A stretch of 64,000 nucleotides of DNA from Marsupella aquatica (Eukaryota; Plantae; Marchantiophyta). Positions within the stretch are counted from its first letter, which is position 1. Every line of letters begins with the position of its first letter. The position numbers and the translations under genes are program-made. The stretch spans positions 10,964,795 through 11,028,794 of the forward strand of contig OZ316896.1 in assembly GCA_973895155.1 (NCBI GenBank), in the 5' to 3' direction. Below, piece by piece: positions 1-12,746 of the stretch. Under the pieces are notes generated by a model, which saw nothing but the letters and a program-made list of their open reading frames with translations, made no database searches and was not told the origin of the DNA.

Positions 1-832
1 TTATGTTGGTGATTCCGGTAGCGATGGACGAGACGTCATCAGCTACATCGGCAGAACCGCCGTGAGACTCACTAGTCTGTCCCTCGTGCAAGAAATCATC
101 CTCATGAATGAAATCATGTGGATTCGAGTTGAGAATTTCATCGATCCAGCTGTTTGCCGCTATATCTGCGTCGTCGTTTTCAGTAGTAGGATCACTGCAG
201 CCTGGGTCATCACACAAAATTTCGTCGGCGTAACTTCTATATCCCATTAGATCGGCGAGCCCCTTCGTTACCGCCTGGTAGGCACTACACTGCACGTACG
301 TGCGCTTCTGATCGGCCATTTCCTCGACGTCCATCAGCGTATCCGAGAGGTACTGCAGCATCATTTCGTCCTCCATGGGATCCGACTCTCCTCCTCCGAG
401 CTCATCCTGCCCTCCGCTGTTGACTGCGGATCCCGCCTCTGAGCTCGAGTAAGCCTCGGAAAATGCAGAAAGTGTGTATTGCGGAGAAGTATAAGAGGGG
501 ATCGAGTTCGAAGAGTATTGCGAGAATGAAGAGCTTCGTGACAAAGCCGGGGAGTACTGCTGCGGCTGCTGGAAGGTGTCCGATGGCGAGCGTCGCTCGA
601 ATTGGCAGTGGTAGTAGTCGGGGGAAGGGAGAGGGGAAAGAACATCTTTCCTCGTAACATTGCGCTTCGTGAGCTTCGTCTGCAGCCATGCTTTTTGGAG
701 TTGTGTAGCCAGCGGCGACTCCAGGCAACTGCCATCCCCCTCGTTGAGACTCGATTCCAGCATGGACCCTTTCCCACTACCCCACGAATTGCGACGATTT
801 CCGTTCCGCGCTACTTCCATTTCATCGACCAT
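1..832 (-). CDS. GRAS transcription factor, LISCL/SCL14-like subfamily, N-terminal part (3' end lies left of the window)
   Basis: Manual translation gives an uninterrupted frame from ATG 832 (MVDEMEVARNG...) to the window edge, with an in-frame TAG just upstream. It contains MMLQYLSDTLMDVEEMADQKRTYVQCSAYQAVTKGLADLMGY, matching the LISCL N-terminal motif (L.YI.Q.LMEE...K..M...ALQA.EK.LY..LG). The ORF track misses it because there is no stop in the window. The GRAS domain itself is not visible. Confidence 0.75.
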   Translation of the reverse strand, partial: MVDEMEVARNGNRRNSWGSGKGSMLESSLNEGDGSCLESPLATQLQKAWLQTKLTKRNVTRKDVLSPLPSPDYYHCQFERRSPSDTFQQPQQYSPALSRSSSFSQYSSNSIPSYTSPQYTLSAFSEAYSSSEAGSAVNSGGQDELGGGESDPMEDEMMLQYLSDTLMDVEEMADQKRTYVQCSAYQAVTKGLADLMGYRSYADEILCDDPGCSDPTTENDDADIAANSWIDEILNSNPHDFIHEDDFLHEGQTSESHGGSADVADDVSSIATGITNI

Positions 833-1070
833 CTCTTTTCCGCGCTACTTCCCCTTTATCGACTCTCTCGTTTCCTTGTCACCTGCGCTTTCGGATATCT
901 ACAGACCAGGGAACTGACGCTCGAACAAGCGCGGCCCCCATAACACGCATTACATTTCTGTCCCTAATAAAGTGACCAAAACTTTTCTTGCTGGGTCCCG
1001 CTTGACTACAAAAACATTGGTCAGGGCAAACCTTGTTGTGCAGAGTCTGGTAGCAAGCAGGCAAGGGTCT

Positions 1071-1270
1071 GATAGCAAGCAGGCAAACTTTTGCAGTACC
1101 TTCTTTGTTGGTTCGGGTGGCAAGCAGGCAAACTTTCGCAATACTTTCTTTGTTGGTTCGGGTAGCAACCAGGCACACTTTTGCAGTACTTTATTTGTTG
1201 GTTCTGGTAGCAACCAGGCAAACTTTCGCAATACTATCTTTGTTGGTTCTGGTAGCAACCGGGAAAACTT
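1071..1270. repeat. 45-bp minisatellite, about 4.5 copies, alternating A/B variants
   Basis: Unit GGTAGCAACCAGGCAAACTTT(T/C)GCA(G/A)TACTTTCTTTGTTGGTTC(G/T) starts at 1071, 1116, 1161, 1206 and 1251. Variants ttttgcagtac and tttcgcaatac alternate. Confidence 0.95.
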
Positions 1271-3802
1271 GGCCAGTGAAAGCTGGCAGCATAATGCATA
1301 CTCTCCCCAAGTGTTGCTTCCATTGGCTTTACCACAGGAATCAAAATCATGGTTTGGGTTTAAAAACATTATGGTCTTCCATGAGAGTCCAAATCAAAGA
1401 ATGAAGAAAGACAGGAAGGGAAAAGGACCAGAGCTTGTGCTATCCCCTGCAAAGAAGGCACGAGAAATTCAAACCTCACATCCAGTGAGATTATAGTATT
1501 TAAAAATTAGAAGTGAGAGGACCCAAGAAGCCAAAATCTCGGAAGGTAGAGGCAGCAGATGTTTGAAGAGGCTTCAAATTTGGATGGACACATGGGAGCT
1601 ATAGGACTTCACTATGCAGTTCAGACCTGTCCCTCTTCTAACTCACTCTTGCCCCCATCGCACCAAAACCACACCAGGCATAAGTGCACCTCACCAGACT
1701 GGCTTTTGTTGCATGGGTCCCACCAAGCTATTTTTTCCAAAGTGACTGTAAAGCTAGGTGCACAAACCAAAGCCAGTTTTACGTTACATTCATATTAGTT
1801 AGTTCACCAGTTGTCCATCTACAACCAGAGTTAGAGTGAGAATGTGTTGACCATGTTGGGTTAGGACAGGGTGTAAGCAAGAGAAATGCTAAGATCTTGG
1901 ATGGATAAATCCATGTTGGCTATTATGTCCTCTTGGAAGTAAATCCAAACATAAAATAAGATTTTGTCATTCTATCTTAAGGAACTTAAAGTCATGATGG
2001 ACTGATATTTTGTCCATGAAACCCCCCAATCCCCCATGGACAAGCCAAGCTTGGATAATCTGGAGTAATACTTTGTTCTTTACACTTCTCTCCATAATTA
2101 CCCTCTCACATCATTACTTCTGTCCAAAACGAATCTTCTGCATGATCACTTCTGTCCAAAAGATATCATGTCACTAACCAAAACCGTCTTGATTGCAAAC
2201 TTAGATTTAGTTGGGGGCTTTATTCTCTTAATATACTTTTCCCTCCCTAGTACTCTAACCCATGTTTTTAGAGTTCAAAAAAATACGAACAGTAAGGTAC
2301 ATTCAAGTATTTGAGCAACTTATCCGGCTTTTATGGTCAATGAAACTATGTGTGGACTAAACTTTCTTCAATTACAACAAAAAAAAACACAAAAAAGGTT
2401 CAAGAATGTTATTTCTAATGGACTGCAAAAACCCAAAGAAAAGGGAAGCAAACAACACAATGGCCCCTGAACCAATGGAACAATTCACACCGGGAAAAAT
2501 CTTGATTTTCATTGTCTTCCTCTTGTCACTGGAGTGTAGTAATTTTGTCATTGCAAAGCTAAATGACATTTTAATTTGCAAAACATTTGTACCATCCTAT
2601 TTTTCATAGAGTGTCCCTCTTGTGTTAAGGAGATATTTGAATTATTTTTCTGTTGCAAAACTACTTCAGATTTTAATCTAAAGTAATATTGTTGAAAAAT
2701 CATATTTTTCAGAGAACACTACTCTTTCCACAAAGAGCACTGTAAGTAATTTTCCACCCATTTAAATTGTCGATTACTTAGTATTTGCTTGTATACGGGT
2801 TTCCATGCCCCATGACAGTTGCTACTGGCTAGCCTTAACCCGCCGTGACCCACCTTGGTTCCCCTTCCCCTTCCCCACTGCATTTTCCTGAGTAAAAATG
2901 AGGCCAAAAGTGTTGAATTTGTGTGAGGGGAGTGCGGAGCAAAAAACAACTTGTTTTTTGCCCCTCCCACACCTGCAATTCTGCCCTGCAATGGGGAAGA
3001 GGGGCTGAGGGGGGTCATATTGGGTTAAGCTGCCACTGTCCATATAAATAGCAGAAGGACAAGCTCAGGTCAGTGTCCCTTCCCCATCTGATTCAAATGG
3101 CCCAGAAATCAAAGAGAAAACCCTCAATAAATCCAGCATTGGAAGCCTTCCCTCTAGTGGCTTTCTTTGGGGAAAATTGAACCATGTTTCAGAAGTCTTG
3201 GAGTATTCTTAAGTGCCTTCAAGGAGTACTCTTTTTTTTAAGCCCAATGGGAGACTATATAAAAGCTTGGCATTTAGTCGCTGGCCGTCAAGTACCTCGG
3301 TAGTTTTAGAGTGCTAGAGAGGCCAGCTGCACCTCTATGTTTGAATCAATCACCATAGTGACATCCCTCTTCATGCAAAAATAATTAATTATTAAAATTT
3401 TGGACGTGAGTGACAAAATATTCCAGAGTGCTTGTGAAACCTAGAACGAATTTTTTATCCAAACTCTAATAATATTATAGACATGCTGATGTAAACACAG
3501 ACTTTTGAGTGTATGCTTTATTTTAAAATAAAAAACTAAAACAGGTGAATAATATTCTGGCGTTGAGTTTCTTCCTGCAATAAAAAATATTTAGTGCAAG
3601 TCCTGCGTCAACCGGATGACATTACTGTAAGAGGAGCTCTGACCAAAGTCTTTGTCAATCCGACGACTGTAAAATAGAGCTGTTTGCTACCCAATGCTAA
3701 ATATGTTTTGACAACTTTATCTGCTTGGTTAGTCCATTCTATCGGTAGGTACCAGATTTTTGTTGTCGTTGTGGTTCATGACCCCCTGTTTCTTGCTTTC
3801 CA

Positions 3803-4170
3803 TCGTTACTAATAAAACGTAAACTGCAGCTTACTTTTCACAAGCTAGGGTCTAGAGTGAAGCCTCTAGACCGTTAACTTTATGGTCATCATGTGTATGG
3901 TCATCATATACATGGGAAAAATTTATGACATGTACATTAAAAAAATATAGGTATTATGGCCTCACCACAACATATGTGCATAGAACATGGATGTGCATAC
4001 AAAATGCCTGTGCACATCAAGGAGAATGATATATTATATATGACTATTCAAATGATGGGTTTTTTTATCATTTTATTAATCTTCAAAGAATATGAATCTA
4101 AAATATATTTTGATAATCTTTTTATTGTCCTCTCCCCTATTCACGTTCAAAGAACGGGTAGCAGAGCTGA
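3803..4170 (+). mobile_element. Non-autonomous Helitron, copy 1
   Basis: Starts A|TCGTTACTAATAAA (Helitron-type 5' TC end). Ends with hairpin CACGTTC-AAA-GAACGGG and a degenerate terminus (CTGA instead of CTAG). Inverted homolog of 20171-20572. Confidence 0.7.
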
Positions 4171-4469
4171 GGAGCATTGTTGACACCTAATGCATCAATT
4201 GCAATTTAATCGCCAACAAAGAACTCGTCGTATGCACTGCAAATTGTGGATTTCCGGTTTGCCGGATTTTAACTTCCCCAATATTTTGGATTCGTGCACA
4301 ACTTTCAAATTTTGACAACCTCAACATCTCCCTCCTTCAGTGCACAAATCTGAAATCCATTGACACTGCCTCGTTTGAATCTTTGTATATATGTGATCGT
4401 GCATTTGACATTTTAGTACGAACCCTGGTCTTTGTGACAAGGTTTAGCACAAGATTGCTGATTACTTGC

Positions 4470-5692
4470 AGTCCATTCTTGACAAGCCCACTTCTTCTTC
4501 CGTAGGCTCACACTTGTTGAGCACAATGTCAAGCACATCAGGGAGCCAGGGTTTGGGAGAGAAGGTTTTGAGAGAAGCTAAGATTTTGCAAAAATACAAA
4601 TCTAAGGCCATTGTGATGAAATCCATGTTGGTTTCCCCAAGGAGATCACTACACCAAATCTGACCAAACAGTTCAAGCCTTACAAAAAACGAGCAACAAG
4701 CAAGCTCTTGAAGTCAAAAATGGCACTGGAACAGGGATCACAGAGGAAGACTCATTGGCTGGGATGAGCTTAGAGGACAAACTTAACCGCCTCAGTCCCG
4801 CCTGAGTCCTCATTTTGAGCAAATGAATATTCTTTTGGGGGCAAAACCAAATGTTAATCCACCACTTGTTGGTGATGTTGGCGTTGAAATTTAGACTTTG
4901 TCATGACTGAAGAGGAATCTGGGGAATTGGAGATTGTGGGTGATTGGAAGAACTCCTGCCCAAATATTGCACAACAACACGGTCCAACCATTTAAGGATA
5001 TTTATAATATGTTTCAATTCAGGATTTTGTGTATAAGTTACATGTACCAGATATTTTAATTCAATCTCATATTTGCCTGGGTGAAACAGATACGCCTAGC
5101 TTGCACCATTGTCAACTCCATCTGTTTACACATTAGTACCAGCAGTGCATCACATTTCTACACCTTCAACTTTAGGACGGGCAGCCCCATTTGATGATGG
5201 CTTCTAGAAGATGCAGGACATGCATTGGGGCCAATGCCACCATGCCTCTCTCAAGTTTGTACGAGGTTTGCAGGTGTGAACACAGGGGAAAATGTGCCCG
5301 GCCCCATAGAGAGTGCCACTACAAGGCCACGAGGAGGCCTCGAAGGCTCTAAAGCCTTCCTTTTAAGCAAGCTACGCGCAAAGATTCAATCTTAAATCTG
5401 ATTATTGGAGGAATTGATTGTAAGTTGTGACAAGTGGAAGAGCCAAAACATTGTTGAGTGACGTGAAGTCAAAACCCAAGCTCAGGCTGAGGCTTGGCCA
5501 AGCACCAATTGGACAAGAAGCAACAACTAGCCCTAGAAGCCTTTCGTGTAGAGAACTCCTTGAAGAAAGTGAAAATGGAGCAACAACATGCATTCAGGTT
5601 GGATAAAGCAGTTTAGCTAGGCAAATTGCATTGTTGACCACTTTGTTAGGGCCCAACAAGTCACTTGATGAGATCTAGGATCTTGTTACAAT
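4470..5692 (+). mobile_element. Decayed PIF/Harbinger-type accessory (Myb/SANT-like) ORF remnant, interrupted by the copia insertion
   Basis: Broken frames such as GTGITEEDSLAGMSLEDKLNRLS..HFEQMNILLGAKPNVNPP and a C-terminus LLTTLLGPNKSLDEI*DLVTI|LEPK* that resumes at 12370 after the copia TSD. Many stops. Family assignment is by resemblance only. Confidence 0.45.
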
Positions 5693-6037
5693 TGTTGAGC
5701 ATAGATGACGATCGCAACGGCAAGCCCATGAACCATCCAACGCACAATAGTCGACACAGAGAGATACGTGGTTCACCTCCACATGAGGCTACATCCACGG
5801 GAACACACATGAGCTTTACTGCACTCTAGGCCGACCGGCCATACCAAGCATCCACAGCGCAAGCTCTCTCTATCTCTCAACTAGCTCCGTAACAATGAGC
5901 CTGAGTTCCCACTCTCCAAGCAAACACCGCTTGGTTATAGAGTGTGCACAGCATGACTAACCTAACCAAGTCTGCGACTAAGGTTAGCCTTAACTACGGT
6001 GCAGTCGTGACTCTAGACTTAGGAGTAAATCCTAACA
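5693..6037 (-). repeat. 3' LTR of the copia element
   Basis: TGTTGAGC...CCTAACA. By manual alignment it has 11 substitutions versus the 5' LTR, all transitions. Confidence 0.97.
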
Positions 6038-6048
6038 ATCTCCCCCTT
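6038..6048 (-). other. Polypurine tract
   Basis: AAGGGGGAGAT on the minus strand, directly abutting the 3' LTR. Confidence 0.9.
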
Positions 6049-6228
6049 GACTCTGGTCTAGGGGAGGGTAAAGACTGCTACCAATATGATTGCTCAGCGG
6101 GAAGTTCTGGAAAGAAAATCCAAACTGGGTTTTCCCTCTTTATACGAGAGTAGACCATAACTAAGCCGTAGCCTATACAAGGAATGAGCAAAAGCATATC
6201 TCATTATCTACACAAATGTTAAGTAACC

Positions 6229-9200
6229 CTACTGGTGAGGCAATTGCAAAACCTGCAACACATCACGGTGTCTAGAAAAACTCTCCAAAAGAATCACTTT
6301 GGTAAAAGTGTCAGCCGGGTTGAGTTTACTGTCAATCTTGACTAGCCCAAACATATTATCAGACACAGCTTGCCTGATAAAATGGTACCTGACGTCAATG
6401 TGCTTCACTCTGCTATCCATCACCTGGTTCACAGCAAGGTGCCAGAGCGCACTCTGACTATCACAATGGAGCTTCACATTCCCTTGTGGCAATCCCATCT
6501 CAGTGATCAGTCTATTCAACCAAATCGCTTCCTTTGCTGCTTCCACTGCTGCAACATACTCCGCTTCTGTAGTAGACTAAGCAATACACTTCTACAAAGT
6601 AGACCTCCAACTTATGCATCCACCTCCCAGTGTGAACACATAACCTGTTGTTGACCTCCTCCGATCCAGATCCTGTGCATAGTCAGCATCTACATAGCCC
6701 ATCAATGATCTAGCATTATTAGCATGTGCATCAAACAATAAACCATGATCCACTGTACCCTTCAAATACCGAATAATCCACTTCACTGCTTCCCAATGTA
6801 CCTTCCCTGGATTCGACATGTACCTGCTCACCTTGCCCATAGCCATGGCAAGATCAGGTCTAGTGCAAGTCATCAAATACATGAGACTCCCCACTGCCTT
6901 GTCATATGGAACCTTTGACATCAACCCCTTCTCTGTGTCATCCGTAGGATAGAAAGCTGATGACAACTTGAAGTGTGGAGCCAACGGGGTACTTACTGGC
7001 TTGCTATCCCCCATGTTGAACCTTGCAATTACCTTCCTTGCATAATTGCTCTGCGTCAACCATAGTTTACCAGCCTTCAAGTCCCTAGTGATCTTCATAC
7101 CCAAAATTCTCTTAGCTGGCCCTAAGTCCTTCATTTTAAACTCTGCACTAAACAGTGCCTTGAGCTTAACAATCTCAGACCTATCCTTGGCCGCAATAAG
7201 CATGTCATCCACGTAATATACTAAAACAATGAACCCAAAAACAGCATTCTTCACCGGTTTAAGATACACACATGGGTCAAACACACTCCTGTGAAAGCCT
7301 TGTGCACGGATCCAATCATCAAACCGCTTATTCCATTGTCTTGGTGATTGCTTCAACCCATGCAAGGATCTCAACAATCTGCAAACCAAATCCTCTTGCC
7401 CTTTCTTCACAAAACCTAGCGGCTGTCTCATGACGATCACCTCTTCCAAGGTGCCATAGAGGAAAGTTGTGACAACATCCATCTGATCTAGCAGCAGACC
7501 AAACATAACAACAAGCACACACAATAGCCGTATTGTTGAGTACTTAGCAACTGGTGAGAGGACCTCATTGTAATCCACACCTTTTTCCTGTGTGAATCCC
7601 TTGGCTACCAATCTAGCCTTGTAGACCTTCAATCCATCTCCTGTGGACTGATCCTTCAGCTTGTATATCCACTTGCTGTCCACCACTTGCTGTCCCTCAG
7701 GCAGCTTGACAAGCTCCCAAGTTTTGTTGTCCTTTAGTGACTGCATCTCCATTTGCATTGCTGTAGTCCACTCCTGCTTCTCCTTTGAAGCACTTGCTTC
7801 ATGAAATGAAGAAGGTTTTTCTTCTTCCAAAATCAATGCATCACCCTCATCATCAGTAACAAAGTCCTCCTCTTGCAACTGAGATGAATCAACCTACTGT
7901 CCATACCTTGGTGGAGCGCGTACAGTGCGACCAGATATTCTTCTAGCCGATGACTCCGGTTGATCTGCGTGTGCTGGTACAATCTGAAGCTCAGCAACAT
8001 CCACTTGCTGCTCACCAGCATCAACAAACTCCTCTGGTTTCTCTAGCACAGGAACCAACTCCATAATTGGAGCAACTCCTTCTCTCTGGTCATGCACCTC
8101 ATGACCAATCTCCCCCTCAACGAGATCCGGGATAGGAGATTTTCCTTTGTCAGTACGGGAGACTTGAGTATTCTCCCCCTCATTCAATAATCTGGATTCA
8201 TTGAAGGAAACATCCCTACTGACAACGAGCTTACAGGCGATAGGATCCCATAGCCTATAAACTTTCACACCAATCCGGTACCCAAGAAAAATACATTTCT
8301 TGGAGGTAGGATCCAACTTGGTCCTATTCTGCTTTGGTGTGAGAGCATATGCATCACTTCCAAAAACTACCAAGCCATGATAGTTTGCTTGCCGCTTATA
8401 GCGTATCTCAAACGGCGTTTGGAAATTGATAGCACTAGAAGGAGAAAGATTTACCAAATAAGTTACGGTATTGAGAGCTTCGGCCTAAAATTCCTGTGGT
8501 AAACCCGATTGGCTCAACATACTCTGTGACCGCTCCAATAGTGTCTGATTGAGCCTCTCAGTTACACCATTCTACTGCGGAGTATAAACTGTGGTGAGAT
8601 GGCGAGTTATCCCCTGTTCTGAACAGTAGTCTTCAAATACCATTGAAGTGTACTCCCCGTCGTTGTCTGACCTCAGACTCTTCACCCTTGTATCCAAACA
8701 CTTGACCATGTTTCCAGTCTGATTCTCCACCTGGGCCTTCCACTTCTTAAAAATGGGCAAGACATCAGACTTATGCGTCATGAAATAAATTCACACAAAT
8801 CTTGAGTAATTGTCAATAAATGATACATAGTACAACTTTCCAGAGTGTGAGGGAGTCGGAAATGGACCCCACACGTCACTATGTATGTACTCAAAAACTA
8901 CTTTGGAACGATGAGTTCCAACACCGAAAGCACGACGATGCTGCTTTCCAAGAATGCAATGCTCACAGAACTCTAATTTACAAGAATGCAAATCAGAAAT
9001 GAGTCCATTCTTCCGTAAGATAGCCAAACCCTTTGCACTCATGTGGGCTAGCCATGAATGCCCAGTTGAGTCATCTCCTCATGAGACTTGGTTACATTGG
9101 CCTTTCCACATACAGTATTGCCCTATGACACATACAAATTCTTTTGTCTCCTTCAAAATCACTGTCTCTCTCGATCTAACTTGAAGTTCACCATCAATAA

Positions 9201-10331
9201 CGCTCCATTGATGATCATTTGAATTCAACACACCGAGTGAAATCAGATTCTTACGCATGCCAGGTACATACCTGACTCCGGACACTGTGCGTACAGCACC
9301 ATCAAACATTTGAATCTTCACAGACCCAATTCCCTCAATTTGACAGGAGTGATCATTTCCCATCAGAACTGAAAAACTCACAAATGTAATAAATGTGAAA
9401 AGAGCAAGCACAATCAAGAATCCGCACATCATCTGCTCTTCTAGATGACGTGCACAGGGCATACCCCTGGCTTCATAATACATACTCATCATTGAGTAAA
9501 TCAGCTTCTCCATCAGCCCTAGCCACATTTGCTGATGAAGACTCAGTTGCCCTTCCCTTACAATCTCGCTTGAAGTGTCCAACTTGGTTGCACTTCTAAC
9601 ATGTCACCTGCCTCCTCTGAGGGGATTTACCCTTGGACTTAGATCTGGATTTAGATCTTATCTGGGTTCTACGGTTCCCAAGTTGGTCGCTGCATACTCC
9701 TCCCACGGTTAATATTGAGGGCAGCACCAGATGATGAAGGCTGTGACGTGATGTGCATCTTCTGTTGAAGATTGTCACTAAGCAGAGAACTTACCATGTC
9801 ATTGTATGAAATGGTATCCCTATCACGATGCAACAACACCCGTGATAGGGACTGGTAAGATGGAGGCAATGAACTGAGAAGCTGTAGAGCCTTCGTCTCA
9901 TCATTCAAAGTCTTCCCAAGGTTTTCCAAGTCAACGATCATGTTGTTGAAAACATCCACATGGTCCTGCAATTTTGTACCGGATTCCTTCATCCTGAAAC
10001 TCATCAGTTTGTAGGAAGTATAGAGCCGGTTCGACAATTCTTTGCGGTGATACTTGCTCTGCAATTCCGCAAACAAGGACATGCAATCCTTATGTGCACC
10101 CAACTGCTTGATGATGGGAGGCATGAGATAGAGTGTAACACACCACACTCCCTGCTCCTGCATGCGGTCTCATTGTTTCTCATCAACATCGTCTTCACGA
10201 GGGCTCAGCAGTTGGCCCATTTTTGACGCATAGAGCACTCCCTTCACCTGCTTCCCCCATAACAAGTAGTCAGATCGCCCATCATACTTTGTCACTTCAT
10301 ACTTGGGTCCCCCAAGCTTGAAAGTCTCCAT
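6229..10331 (-). pseudogene. Copia gag-pol polyprotein broken by stops and frameshifts
   Basis: Gag start METFKLGGPKYEVTKYDGRSDY; zinc knuckle C*KCNQVGHFKRDC; mutated protease site ILDCACSFH; integrase CEHC/IHSDVWGP/SLRSDNDGEY; RT YKARLVAKGFTQ and YVDDMLI; RNase H YVDADYA and ADTFTK. Split over many short ORFs. Confidence 0.95.
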
Positions 10332-12005
10332 CTTCTTCTTTGGCACTACCGTGAGCTTTGGTAGTAGTACTGCTTCCTCCACCACACGCCGCACCGGTGA
10401 TGGTACCGGTGTCACGTGCTCTTCCTTCTGCCCCTCAAACCGCCGTGTAGCCCACGAAGCTAGGAGTCCAATACTGAAAACCAAAATTGAAATCGAAATG
10501 CGACGGAAAAGTTATACAAATTTTGGTCGGGGTGGGTAAAACCTTGGGAAACTCCCCCGTTTTGACCACCTCAGGGAATAACCAAAATGTTAAGTACAAC
10601 CCGTCGTCGGAATCGCAATTCAATCGGTGCGCCGCATTGCTAACTTCAATGGCTACGACCTCGCCAAAAAACAACCAAAAAAGTTTCCGTTTGGCACGCG
10701 GAATCTTTGTCAGACGGCCAAAAATAGCTCTCTGTTTTTTGGGGAATATTCTGTGTACAGTACCGCAGGTCTCACAAGGGGCCGTTCTCCCTGTCCAAAC
10801 GGTTAAAATGCCCGGTCACCGGGCCTGGGATAGCCAATTAAAAGAGCCCGCAAGAAAAAGACAAAAAATTGGTCCTAAAAGGGGTGTAACTTCCCCTAAA
10901 CAAAAATATGCCCTAAAAACGTGCATCCGCATCACGTATATGCGAGTCGGGCCAGGCGCGGTACGAGGCGTACAGGGGCGTAGACAAGGTCATGGCAGGC
11001 TGCTACGGTTGTGTAAGCAGCCAAATACAAAGGAGGGCAGGGCCGGGCCGAGGTACCTCGGGGGGAGCAGCCGAAAGGGCAAAGCCGCAAAGCGGCTGCC
11101 AGCTAAAGGGAGCGCGAAGGGGAGGGATCGGCGAGGGCTGCGAGAGGGTAGGCAGCCGCTGGGCAGCAGAAAATGCGTCGGCCGGCACTGCGTAAACAAT
11201 CTCAGCCGCGGCTGCGGCAGTATGCGGGAGGGAGTGCGAGAGAGGGAGGGGGGCCGAGGGTTGGGTGTGTGTATACACACACAAGGCCCCTTAGACCCCC
11301 TTAGAAGGAAAAATTAACCCTTAAACAGAAAATTGCCGATTACACACCTTAAAAGCCACCGATTACACGAAGAAAATGATGACCGTCGACGGGAAATGTT
11401 GCCAAATTACACCGGCACAGTCTACAGCTCCAGTAGAGGAAAAACTTTTTGTTGCAACTCACTTTCTCCGCGTCAAGTGCTAATCCCGGACTCAAAATGA
11501 CTGCCTTGCCGCGATCAAACCGTTGAGCCGTAGCACTTCGCGTTTCTTCCTCCGAGTCGGACGTCACGATGAGAAACCCGGTTCAGATGGGAACAAGCTC
11601 CATAGCCTGTGAAAAAATCTGAACGCCTCCTTCACTCGTCACGACGCACTCGGTAACAACTCAGCAACAACACAGCTACCAAAACAATCAGCTCGCTTCA
11701 ACCTTCAACTTGAGCAATAATGTGCGACGTCCCGAACACCGCACAACTTACTCCGTTGAAAAAACAATCTCCGCTCTCTCCCCCAAGAAATTGTCGAACA
11801 TGAATAAATCCAGAACAACACAAACTCCGATTCCTCCGCACCACGGATACCAACCAGTGAGTGCAATACACCGATAGAAAGCCCTCTCACTAATCTATCC
11901 GCTTAGCCACACACATTCAAGTTTCATGCGATAAAACTCCGAATGCAACACCGACAATGAACACTGGAAATCCGTCACGAAAAAACCTCGTCACCTCCCA
12001 GGCAT

Positions 12006-12017
12006 GCTCTGATACCA
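12006..12017 (-). other. Primer-binding site complementary to initiator tRNA-Met
   Basis: TGGTATCAGAGC on the minus strand, 2 nt inside the 5' LTR boundary. Confidence 0.95.
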
Positions 12018-12019
12018 AT

Positions 12020-12364
12020 TGTTGAGCATAGACGACAATCGCAACGGCAAGCCCATGAACTATCCAATGCACAATAGTTGACACAGAGAGATACGTGGTT
12101 CACCTCCACATGAGGCTACGTCCACAGGAACACACATGAGCTTTACTGCACTCTAGGCCGACCGGCCATACCAAGCATCCACAGCGCAAGCTCTCTCTAT
12201 CTCTCAACTAGCTCCGTAACAATGAGCCTGAGTTCCTACTCTCCAAGCAAACACCGTTTGGTTATAGAGTGTGCACAGCATGACTAACCTAACCAAGTCT
12301 GTGACTAAGGTTAGCCTTAACTACGGTGCAGTCGTGACTCTAGACCTAGGAGTAAATCCTAACA
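12020..12364 (-). repeat. 5' LTR of the copia element
   Basis: 345-bp direct repeat of 5693-6037, adjacent to the PBS. Confidence 0.97.
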
Positions 12365-12746
12365 ACAATTCTAGAACCCAAGTAGATTGAACTAGAGTAC
12401 AACTTTGTAGGACCAAATGTGCATTTGTTAATTTAATCCACAATGTACACAGCTTAACTGTACAATTGTCAATGTACTCCACAATGTAAAATGTGTAGAT
12501 GACTGTTCCTATTTTTATTCATACTCCACAAATCGTGTCACAAAAGTTCCTCTCAGCATCCTTCCAATGCAATGAGTTTCAATGCCAACACACTTGCAAA
12601 AGTAACTGGCAAACACTTGCAAAATTCTGACTTATTTGTTGTCAACACAATCGTCGGAAAGTTTCAAGTTTCCAGAGATTTCAGTGATATGTCAAATTGT
12701 TTGTACACAACCTAGCTGAAGAAAAACTGAAACCACTGACCTCAGT

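Larger units (their letters stand above)
5693..12364 (-). mobile_element. Full-length Ty1/copia LTR retrotransposon (Tnt1/Tork-like), decayed
   Basis: Two 345-bp TG...CA LTRs (5693-6037, 12020-12364), 5-bp TSD ACAAT (5688-5692, 12365-12369), tRNA-Met PBS, PPT, and gag-PR-IN-RT-RH order. Confidence 0.98.

Noticed and set aside
361-943. ORF-track calls 361-777, 402-728, 463-657, 602-943 and 660-917
   Set aside because: These are shadow frames of the GC-rich GRAS coding sequence, which is in another minus frame.
1071-1270. CRISPR-like array or repeat-protein ORFs (950-1369, 972-1496, 1105-1404)
   Set aside because: The units are contiguous with no unique spacers, there are no cas genes, and the context is eukaryotic. 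The ORFs exist only because a stop-free 45-bp unit is divisible by 3.
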